Below, piece after piece: positions 57,235 through 64,000 of a stretch of 64,000 bases of DNA. The stretch spans positions 357 to 64,356 of the forward strand of contig JBBSHN010000004.1 of NCBI GenBank assembly GCA_038252945.1, given 5' to 3'. The translations under genes were made by a program, and so were the position numbers. Source of the stretch: Propionibacteriales bacterium (GTDB lineage: Bacteria; Actinomycetota; Actinomycetes; Propionibacteriales; Nocardioidaceae). The notes beneath the pieces are model-generated. The model saw nothing but the letters and a program-made list of their open reading frames with translations. It was not told where the DNA came from and did not search any database. Each line of letters begins with the position of its first letter. The stretch's first letter is position 1.

Positions 57235-57603
57235 TCAGCTTTCAGTATGCGTAGGCGGCAAATCCGTCGAGTAGCCGCTAGCGCTGGCGTCCAGCTCAGA
57301 GGCCGCAGTGGCGCCGCTTGGATGCGGTGAGGACGACCCTGCGGTCGAACTCGGAGCCGGCGGAAGACTCGCTCGCGTCGGCGTCTGTGCCTGCGAAACG
57401 GATTCGTCGTCGTCGTCGTCCATGAGGCCTTTGGTCTCGGCCTTGAAGATGCGCAGAGCTCGCCCGGTACCTCGAGCCATCTCGGGGAGCTTGCGGCCAC
57501 CGAAGAGCAGGAGCAGCACGAGGAGGATGATGATCAGCTCGGACGGCCCCAGTCCTCCGAGCGCTGCCAGCGTCGGGTGCAGGGTCGGGGTGGCCAAGGA
57601 CAT
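57235..57603 (-). CDS. tatA: Twin-arginine translocase subunit TatA
   Basis: Track ORF trimmed to ATG57603 (preceded by GGAAGAGG). 'ELIIILLVLLLLFGGRKLPEMARGTGRALRIFKAE' is the TatA TM plus amphipathic helix. The tail is acidic and Ser/Pro-rich. Confidence 0.88.
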   Translation of the reverse strand: MSLATPTLHPTLAALGGLGPSELIIILLVLLLLFGGRKLPEMARGTGRALRIFKAETKGLMDDDDDESVSQAQTPTRASLPPAPSSTAGSSSPHPSGATAASELDASASGYSTDLPPTHTES

Positions 57604-57680
57604 GCGCGCGCCTCTTCCGTCGTACGGACAATTGCACTTGCAGCCTTCTATGGTACGCCGAGAGGGCCGACAAGACGCCG

Positions 57681-58649
57681 TTACGCCTGATAATAGGCGA
57701 GAGCCGCTTGCGCGCGCTCGCGTACGGCCAGCGCCGCTTCGGGTGGGTGGACCACCGTTGCACCGCCCCCTACCCGAAGCACAAGCCGGATCAGCCACTC
57801 GTAGTCGCGGACTCGCAAAGCCACGCGCTGGTGCCCGTCGGGCAGGCTGACGTTCTCCTCCAACGGATAGTAGTCGGCCAGCCAGGCAGCGGAGGGATCA
57901 AGCTCCAACACCGCGACCGGATCATCGGAAGCCGGCTGAAACAGCCCCTGAGAGACGTCGCCGCGACCGGCCCCCGGCGGTGGCGACGCCGGTTCGTCCA
58001 GTACGGTCGCAGCCAGCATGCGGTCAAGTCGAAAGAACCGCACTGCGTCCGCGCGGGAGCACCACGCCTCAAGGTAGGCATGACCTTCGGTGATGACCAG
58101 CCGGAGGGGTTCTACCTCTCGCTCGGTTGTCTCGTCTCGCCCCGGAACGTAGTAGCGCAGATGGAGTCGACGATTTGCGTGGAGCGCAGCGTCGACAGCT
58201 GAGCGCACATCGGCATCGATCGGGTCCATCCACACGTCCACTGCCGCGGCGGTGGAAGGCGCCTCGCTTGCGGCGGATTCAAGCTTGGCAAGTGCCCGGT
58301 CGATCGCTTGTTGCTCTGTGCCGCTTGCCGGCTCACGCAGTGCACGAAGCGACACCACAAGCGCCAACGCTTCGTGCGGCGCGAGTCGCAGCGGTCGGGT
58401 CAGAAACTCAGCGTTGCTGAGACGTATGACGCCCTCGCCCTCCAGCGCGTCCATGTCCACGTCAATCATGTCGCCGGGCATGGCGTCGGGCAGACCACAG
58501 AACCACAGCACGTTGAGGTCCTTGACGATCTGCGTCGGTTTGACTTTGAAGTCGCGCGCGACCTCGTCGACTGAGATGCCATCGCGGTCCTGCAGGTAGG
58601 GCACAAGAGCGAGCATGCGCTCCACCTGAGCTTGCGCGTTTGCTGTCAC
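57681..58649 (-). CDS. pafC: Proteasome accessory factor PafC (HTH-WYL regulator)
   Basis: 'RMLALVPYLQDRDGISVDEVARDFKVKPTQIVKDL' is present, followed by a WYL domain. The gene overlaps pafB by 4 nt. Confidence 0.88.
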   Translation of the reverse strand: MTANAQAQVERMLALVPYLQDRDGISVDEVARDFKVKPTQIVKDLNVLWFCGLPDAMPGDMIDVDMDALEGEGVIRLSNAEFLTRPLRLAPHEALALVVSLRALREPASGTEQQAIDRALAKLESAASEAPSTAAAVDVWMDPIDADVRSAVDAALHANRRLHLRYYVPGRDETTEREVEPLRLVITEGHAYLEAWCSRADAVRFFRLDRMLAATVLDEPASPPPGAGRGDVSQGLFQPASDDPVAVLELDPSAAWLADYYPLEENVSLPDGHQRVALRVRDYEWLIRLVLRVGGGATVVHPPEAALAVRERAQAALAYYQA

Positions 58650-59605
58650 CCCGCCGCCTCCGCGACTCGGCTCAGCCGGCTGACAACCGCCGCTCGCAGC
58701 TCAGCTGGGCCACTCACCACAACGTCGGGTCCAAATGACACGAGCTCGTCGGCAAGTGCCGAGGCATCGCCGTACGCAAGCTCCAGCTCGGTCCACTCGT
58801 CGTCGATGGCGGCGGTGCTCTTGGCTCGGCGCCGCAGCGGGTCACCGGCGCCTGCGCGTACTCGAAGCGCAGCGACGTTCTCACCGTCTGGCGGTCCCAG
58901 GGAGGAGGCAAGAGCGCGCAGGTTCAGGGCGTCAGGAGGCTCGAACATTCCAGGGTCGCCCAACGCCACGGCTCCTTCGATCCGCGACAGCCGAAACATG
59001 CGCGGCGCTTGTCGGTCCAGGTCCATGCCGACGGTGTACCAGTGACCGTGCCAGGAAACGATTCCCCACGGCTCAAGCCGACGGCGATTCGAGGTGGGAT
59101 CTCCGGGTCGCCGGTAGTCGAACTCGGCGCTCTGACGGGAGGTCACGGCATCGAACAGCGGCTCGAAGGCCGGTTCAGAGGTGGCCAGATGCGGCTCGAG
59201 CAACGACAGGGCCGCCTCGTCGACGTCCACGCCGCCCGCTCGCAGCTTGCGCAGACCCTGGGTGGTTGCCGATGCCAGCCTGGCGTCTTGCCACACTCGG
59301 GCCGCGAGCCCCACCACCGCTGCCTCGTCGGGCTCGAGCTCGATCTCCGGCAGTTCGAAGGAGTCCCTGCGAATCCGGTAGCCGGGCTCGTCCTCGAACG
59401 CCTTCGTGATCGTGCCGACCTCAATCGGTACTCCGAGTGCCCGCAGCTCCTCCTTGTCGCGGTCAAACATGCGGTCGAAGGCGTCGTCGGACAGCTCGTG
59501 GTAGCCCTCCACCGCCTGCCGGATGCGCTGTTTCGGCACGTAGTGGCGAGCCACCAGAAGGCAGATGGTCAGGTTCATCAAGCGTTCGGACTTGCGCGCG
59601 GTCAT
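58646..59605 (-). CDS. pafB: Proteasome accessory factor PafB (HTH-WYL regulator)
   Basis: 'ERLMNLTICLLVARHYVPKQRIRQAVEGY' is the HTH. A WYL segment 'WGIVSWHGHWYTVG' follows. Confidence 0.88.
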   Translation of the reverse strand: MTARKSERLMNLTICLLVARHYVPKQRIRQAVEGYHELSDDAFDRMFDRDKEELRALGVPIEVGTITKAFEDEPGYRIRRDSFELPEIELEPDEAAVVGLAARVWQDARLASATTQGLRKLRAGGVDVDEAALSLLEPHLATSEPAFEPLFDAVTSRQSAEFDYRRPGDPTSNRRRLEPWGIVSWHGHWYTVGMDLDRQAPRMFRLSRIEGAVALGDPGMFEPPDALNLRALASSLGPPDGENVAALRVRAGAGDPLRRRAKSTAAIDDEWTELELAYGDASALADELVSFGPDVVVSGPAELRAAVVSRLSRVAEAAG

Positions 59606-59617
59606 TGTCGAGCTCCC

Positions 59618-60559
59618 CTATGACGCTTGCAGGATGTCGACCGCGAAGATCAGGTCCGAGTTCGGGGGAATCGTGCTTCCGCTTCCGGTCGAGCCGTATC
59701 CCAGAGCAGCGGGAAGCACCAAAATAACGCGCGAGCCCACGCGTTGACCGAGGAGGCCCTGATCCAATCCCGGGATAACCTGACCGGTGCCGATGGTGAA
59801 CGTCAACGGCGCGGGCTTCGACCACGATCGGTCGAAGACCGACCCGTCAGGGTAGATCTGCCCGAGGTACTGCACGGTCAGGGTCTGTCCGGACTTCACC
59901 ACCGGACCATGTCCTTGGATGATCGGATATGCGCCCAGCTTGCTGACGGTCTTCGGTGTCTGGGGGGTCGCCACAAAGTTCTCCGGATGGCCAGCCGAGT
60001 CGTACGTGAGCCGAGGAACAGCGGCCGGAGCCGGATTCGTGGTGCCAGTTGCCTCACTGAGCGGCGTCCGCACCTTGCGTACGTCGACAACGAAGACGAC
60101 GCTGTCGCCGCGCCGGATGGACGTACCGTTGCCGATCGGGTCGTACGCGTCCTTCGATGGGACGCCGATAAGAACCCGGTCACCCGCGTGGGCACCCTGC
60201 AGCCCCTTGGCCAATCCGGAGATGACGTCCGTGAGCTGGAACGTCGCAGGCTTGCCCCGCTGCCAGCTGCTGTCGAACTGCGCACCATCACTGGCGTTGA
60301 TTCCGACGTAGTCGACGGTCACTTGCGAGTCAGGCTGAATGGCGTCACCTTTGCCGGGGCCGTGGGTCAAGATCACGCGCCGAAGCGTTGCGAAGGACAG
60401 TGGCGCCTTGAAATGCACTTGAGGCTTGGCGTTGGACGAGCCGGACACCGCGATGTCGGCAAGAGTCGCCACCGGCGTCTTTGCGGGAGCGGCGGCACTT
60501 CCCGCGCACGCTGTGGCGGTGAGCAGAACCGCAAGCAGGACGCTGACCTTTCGACACAC
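59618..60559 (-). CDS. Two-domain FKBP-type peptidyl-prolyl cis-trans isomerase, probable lipoprotein
   Basis: The start is set at GTG60559, 6 nt after GAGGGG, giving the signal 'MCRKVSVLLAVLLTATAC'. The two FKBP_C modules are 'VTVDYVGINASDGAQFDSSW' and 'LTVQYLGQIYPDGSVFDRSW'. Confidence 0.85.
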   Translation of the reverse strand: MCRKVSVLLAVLLTATACAGSAAAPAKTPVATLADIAVSGSSNAKPQVHFKAPLSFATLRRVILTHGPGKGDAIQPDSQVTVDYVGINASDGAQFDSSWQRGKPATFQLTDVISGLAKGLQGAHAGDRVLIGVPSKDAYDPIGNGTSIRRGDSVVFVVDVRKVRTPLSEATGTTNPAPAAVPRLTYDSAGHPENFVATPQTPKTVSKLGAYPIIQGHGPVVKSGQTLTVQYLGQIYPDGSVFDRSWSKPAPLTFTIGTGQVIPGLDQGLLGQRVGSRVILVLPAALGYGSTGSGSTIPPNSDLIFAVDILQAS

Positions 60560-60614
60560 AGACAACCCCTCGGCGAAATGGAATGCGGGAACCGGAGAGC
60601 GGCCCGGCCCATTG

Positions 60615-61976
60615 TCACATGGACTCGATGAGTCGCTCGACTCGCTCGTCATGGGCCCGGAAAGGGTCCTTGCACAGCACGGTACGTTGCGCCTGATCAT
60701 TCAGCTTCAGGTGCACCCAGTCCACTGTGAAGTCGCGTCGACGTTCTTGCGCGCGGCGGATGAACTCACCTCGCAGGCGCGCCCGCGTGGTCTGCGGCGG
60801 CAGTGACTTCGCCTGGAAGACGGCTAGGTCGGTGGTCACCCGGGCGACCGCCCCTCGCTTCTCCAAGAGGTAGTAGAGGCCACGGTTGCGATGAATGTCG
60901 TGGTAGGCCAAGTCAAGCTGGGCCACCCGGGCGGACGTGAGCCCGAGCTTATGTTGGGCACGGTACCGCTCGATCAGTCGGTATTTGATCACCCAGTCGA
61001 TCTCGCGCTCGATCAGGCTCAGATCGTCTGACTCGACCGCCTTGAGGCTGCGCTCCCAGAGGTCTAGTGCCTGGTCGATGATCGGTGTGCGGATCTCTCG
61101 TCGGTCGACGAAGTCACGCGCTTTCGCGAGGTACTCGCTTTGGATGTCCAACGCGGAGGCGTCTCGGCCGTTGGCGAGACGCACCTTACGCTGGCCGGTC
61201 ATGTCGTGGGAGATCTCGCGGATGGCCCGGATCGGGTTTTCCATCGTCATGTCGCGCATCACGACCCCGGCCTCGATCATGCGCAAAACGAGATCCGTGC
61301 TTGCCACCTTGAGCATTGTCGTTGTCTCGCTCATGTTCGAGTCACCCACGATGACGTGGAGCCGCCTGAAGCGCTCCGCGTCGGCGTGCGGCTCGTCACG
61401 GGTGTTGATGATCGGCCGCGACCGGGTGGTGGCGCTCGACACTCCCTCCCAGATGTGTTCGGCGCGCTGGCTGACGGCGTACACGGCTCCTCGAGGCGTC
61501 TGCAGCACCTTTCCGGCACCACAGATGATCTGCCTGCTGACCAGGAATGGGATCAACACGTCGGCGAGCCGCCCGAACTCTCCGTGTCGGCCGACCAAGT
61601 AGTTCTCGTGACAGCCGTAGGAGTTGCCGGCGGAGTCGGTGTTGTTCTTGAAGAGGTAGACGTCACCAGCGATGCCTTCGTCGCGCAGCCTGCGCTCTGC
61701 GTCTACGAGCAGCCCCTCCAGCACCCGCTCCCCCGCCTTGTCGTGCGCCACAAGATCGGGCACGGAGTCACACTCCGGCGTGGCGTACTCCGGATGGCTG
61801 CCGACGTCGAGGTACAACCGCGCACCGTTGCGCAAGAAGACGTTGCTGGACCGTCCCCAAGAGACGACACGACGAAACAAGTAGCGGGCGACCTCGTCGG
61901 GGGATAACCGCCGAGCGCCCCGAAACGTGCACGTCACGCCGTACTCGTTCTCGATTCCGAAGATTCGACGGTCCAC
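60615..61976 (-). CDS. pafA: Pup--protein ligase PafA
   Basis: '[16 protein letters not shown]' and '[22 protein letters not shown]' are present. 453 aa. The gene is adjacent to pafBC. Confidence 0.93.
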   Translation of the reverse strand: MDRRIFGIENEYGVTCTFRGARRLSPDEVARYLFRRVVSWGRSSNVFLRNGARLYLDVGSHPEYATPECDSVPDLVAHDKAGERVLEGLLVDAERRLRDEGIAGDVYLFKNNTDSAGNSYGCHENYLVGRHGEFGRLADVLIPFLVSRQIICGAGKVLQTPRGAVYAVSQRAEHIWEGVSSATTRSRPIINTRDEPHADAERFRRLHVIVGDSNMSETTTMLKVASTDLVLRMIEAGVVMRDMTMENPIRAIREISHDMTGQRKVRLANGRDASALDIQSEYLAKARDFVDRREIRTPIIDQALDLWERSLKAVESDDLSLIEREIDWVIKYRLIERYRAQHKLGLTSARVAQLDLAYHDIHRNRGLYYLLEKRGAVARVTTDLAVFQAKSLPPQTTRARLRGEFIRRAQERRRDFTVDWVHLKLNDQAQRTVLCKDPFRAHDERVERLIESM

Positions 61977-61994
61977 GCAGTTCAGCCTAGATCA

Positions 61995-62017
61995 AGGCCC
62001 TCGCCGCGCCGAGGCCT
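61995..62017 (-). terminator. GC-rich bulged hairpin after the NUDIX stop
   Basis: AGGCCCTCG (61995-62003) pairs with CCGAGGCCT (62009-62017) with a one-base bulge. It lies 28 nt downstream of the minus-strand stop at 62045. Confidence 0.3.
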
Positions 62018-62044
62018 CAATCCGCAGCTGACGCGTCGCAGGGG

Positions 62045-62596
62045 TCAGAGAAGTTCCGCGTGGTCGAGAGCGAGATAGACCATCTCGTTGCCGGTCATAC
62101 GGCCAGACTTCAGTTCCGCCCGTACGTCGGCTACCGGAAGCACGACCACTTCGCAGTCCTCGTACTCGTCGAGCGCCTGCTGGCCGGCCGGCACGCAGTT
62201 GCGGGCGATGACCACGTGTCGGTGACCGGTGGACGAGGCAGCCATCGCGGTGACCACATGCTCGAGCTCTCCGGCGACGTAACCGGTCTCCTCGGTGAGC
62301 TCGCGAGCCGCCCCCTCCACTGGGGTCTCATCTGGCTCCACGAATCCTCCGGGCAGATTGAGCACGATGCGATCCGGCCCCGGCCGGAACTGCCGCACAC
62401 ACACCACCGCTCCGTCTGGCGTCAGCGCCAGCACGCCGACGGAAGAGCCACCGCCGAACATGTCCCAGCGGACGTGCCGGCCGTCCGGGAGCCGATAAAT
62501 GCGCTGTGTGACGCGGACCCAACCGTCATGGATGACCTCGTCATTGCCCACAAGCTCCCAGCGCCTGCCGGCGCAGTCGTGGTCCGTTTCACTCAT
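62045..62596 (-). CDS. NUDIX hydrolase
   Basis: Track ORF trimmed to ATG62596. The Nudix box '[24 protein letters not shown]' fits GX5EX7REUXEEXGU exactly. The gene overlaps the prcA 3' end by 8 nt. Confidence 0.85.
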   Translation of the reverse strand: MSETDHDCAGRRWELVGNDEVIHDGWVRVTQRIYRLPDGRHVRWDMFGGGSSVGVLALTPDGAVVCVRQFRPGPDRIVLNLPGGFVEPDETPVEGAARELTEETGYVAGELEHVVTAMAASSTGHRHVVIARNCVPAGQQALDEYEDCEVVVLPVADVRAELKSGRMTGNEMVYLALDHAELL

Positions 62597-63458
62597 TCGG
62601 TGAGTCGGTGCGGTCCTCTGGGAGCTCGTCAATGAGCTCGCTGGGGTCTTCGAGGGACCCGGCATCGGCTCCGCCGTCGGTCGAGCCGCTGCCTTGATCG
62701 TCGGCCGCGCTGCCCTCGTCGGCGGTCGAGCCTGTCGACTTGTCGCCGTTCGACTCCGCCGTTTGCTCACCAAACAGCCGGGTGAGCTGGGACTTCGGAA
62801 CCCTTCGGAACTTCCGCGGTTGAGTGCGGGTACGGTCGAGCACCGCCACCTCCAGCCGTTCACCGTCGATCCGTCGGACGCTGGAGCCGTCGTGCCCGAG
62901 TGCCTCAACGGCGATCCGAAGGGCGGATTCGAAATCGAGTCCCTCGGTGTAACGCTGCTGCAGGTACTCCGCCATCGGTTCGACCGTTCCGCCCATGACG
63001 GCGAAGCCCCGGACGTCGGCAACCGACCCGTCGTAGGTGAGGCGGTAGATCTGGTCCGCGTCGTTGGAGTCGCCCACCTCCGCAACGAAGATCTCCACCT
63101 CGTACGGCTTCTCCGCCCCGGACGAAAAGATCGTGCCGAGCGTTTGTGCGTAGGCGTTCGCCAAGCCGCGTCCGGTGACGTCTCGGCGGTCGTAGGAGTA
63201 GCCGCGCATGTCGGCCAGGCGCACGCCGGCGATCCGCAGGTTCTCGAACTCGTTGTAACGACCGACCGCCGCGAACGCCAGCCGGTCGTACAACTCGGAG
63301 ATCTTGTGCAGAGACGGAGAGGTGTTCTCGGAGCAGAAGAGCAGGCCGTCGGCGTACTGCACCACGACCAGCCCGCGTCCGCGCGCTATCCCCTTGCGCG
63401 CGAAGTCGGCGCGATCCTTCATCAGTTGTTCAGGTGACACGTAGAACGGCATCGACAC
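62589..63458 (-). CDS. prcA: Proteasome subunit alpha with an extended acidic C-terminal tail
   Basis: '[25 protein letters not shown]', '[23 protein letters not shown]' and '[23 protein letters not shown]' are close to mycobacterial PrcA as I recall it. Confidence 0.93.
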   Translation of the reverse strand: MSMPFYVSPEQLMKDRADFARKGIARGRGLVVVQYADGLLFCSENTSPSLHKISELYDRLAFAAVGRYNEFENLRIAGVRLADMRGYSYDRRDVTGRGLANAYAQTLGTIFSSGAEKPYEVEIFVAEVGDSNDADQIYRLTYDGSVADVRGFAVMGGTVEPMAEYLQQRYTEGLDFESALRIAVEALGHDGSSVRRIDGERLEVAVLDRTRTQPRKFRRVPKSQLTRLFGEQTAESNGDKSTGSTADEGSAADDQGSGSTDGGADAGSLEDPSELIDELPEDRTDSPNE

Positions 63459-63471
63459 GGCGGCTTACCTC

Positions 63472-64000
63472 TCAGGTCAACGGGGCCGCTGGGCCGTCGG
63501 GCCGTTGCATCCGTGCTGCGATGACTGTGTCGGCGATCTGCGCGACGTCCTCATCGAGGAGCCGACGGAAACCCTGGTCGGTCACCGACGACACCACCGG
63601 AAAGATTCTCCGCGTGAGGTCGGGGCCACCGGTGGCGGAGTCATCGTCGGCGGCGTCGTAGAGAGCTTGCACGACCGCCGTGACGCATTCCTCGACCGTG
63701 AAGTGCTCGGAGTAGAGCTTCTTCAGCGCTCCCCTCGCGAACACAGACCCCGAGCCGACCGAATGAAACGCCTTCTCCTCGTAGCGACCGCCGGTCACGT
63801 CGTAGGAGAAGATGCGTCCCACTCCGGCGTGTAGGTCGTAGCCGGCGAACAGCGGGACGACGGCCAGGCCCTGCATCGCCATGCCGAGGTTGCCGCGCAG
63901 CAAAGACGCCAGCCGGTTTGCCTTGCCGTCCAGCGACAGTGTCGTTCCCTCGATCTTCTCGTAGTGCTCCAGCTCGGCCTGAAAGAGTCGGACCATCTCC
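63472..64000 (-). CDS. prcB: Proteasome subunit beta (3' part; gene continues past the window end)
   Basis: '[19 protein letters not shown]' and 'ATGGPD' are present. The frame stays open to the window edge. The gene lies immediately upstream of prcA. Confidence 0.9.
   Translation of the reverse strand, partial: EMVRLFQAELEHYEKIEGTTLSLDGKANRLASLLRGNLGMAMQGLAVVPLFAGYDLHAGVGRIFSYDVTGGRYEEKAFHSVGSGSVFARGALKKLYSEHFTVEECVTAVVQALYDAADDDSATGGPDLTRRIFPVVSSVTDQGFRRLLDEDVAQIADTVIAARMQRPDGPAAPLT

Noticed and set aside
57404-57420. A (TCG/GTC) trinucleotide run.
   Set aside because: It is in frame within tatA and encodes the poly-Asp part of the acidic tail (DDDDD). It is ordinary coding low complexity, not a regulatory repeat.
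57650-57673. TTGTCGGCC-N9-TACCAT on the minus strand between pafC and tatA, which resembles the PafBC-dependent RecA-NDp promoter (tTGTCRgtg-N8-TAnnnT).
   Set aside because: The spacing is off by one, and the last three bases of the upstream element do not match. tatA is not a known PafBC target. I cannot support the call without a genome-wide motif model.

Overview
This is a high-G+C actinobacterial chromosomal segment. Spot counts of single 60-nt lines give about 70% G+C in core genes. I call about 64 protein-coding genes and see no rRNA, tRNA, CRISPR array, transposase or integrase. All calls rest on reading motifs, start contexts and gene order by eye; no homology search was run. Three blocks match conserved actinobacterial neighbourhoods as I recall them from Mycobacterium tuberculosis. 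(1) pgsA-DUF881-sbp-DUF881-gcvH-garA-ftsR-BFN nuclease-merR-gcvP at 15.8-24.4 kb (cf. Rv1822-Rv1832). (2) rbpA / fxsA-ppm1-lnt at 38.8-42.0 kb (cf. Rv2050-Rv2053c). (3) 5'-3' exonuclease / helY-tatC-tatA-pafC-pafB-FKBP-pafA-NUDIX-prcA-prcB at 52.2-64.0 kb (cf. Rv2090-Rv2110c). Between them lie a homogentisate catabolic module (thiolase, fumarylacetoacetase, unknown ORF, homogentisate dioxygenase; 11.1-15.7 kb) and a beta-lysine/lysine-fermentation-type cluster (kamA; kdd-amidohydrolase-kamD-kamE-kal; 42.4-49.4 kb). The window also holds TldD/PmbA, FdhD, PepN, an ABC-2 exporter, an HTH-MurA fusion and assorted hydrolases. The left ~11 kb looks accessory: it has lower G+C, A/T-rich spacers, secreted proteins of unknown function and simple repeats. 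My best candidate for an undescribed system is the translationally coupled five-gene operon at 3929-9784. It encodes an Alg14-like subunit, an Alg13-like GT fused to a methyltransferase, a radical SAM enzyme with a twitch/SPASM-like tail, a second methyltransferase, and an SDR dehydratase/epimerase fused to a DegT aminotransferase. I read this as a compact pathway for an edited amino-deoxy sugar with an unknown acceptor. Secondary leads are an XRE-HTH::MurA fusion with a perfect 20-bp palindrome in its own promoter, an unknown ORF where the maleylacetoacetate isomerase should sit, a kam operon lacking kce but carrying an embedded amidohydrolase, and a NUDIX gene overlapping prcA.
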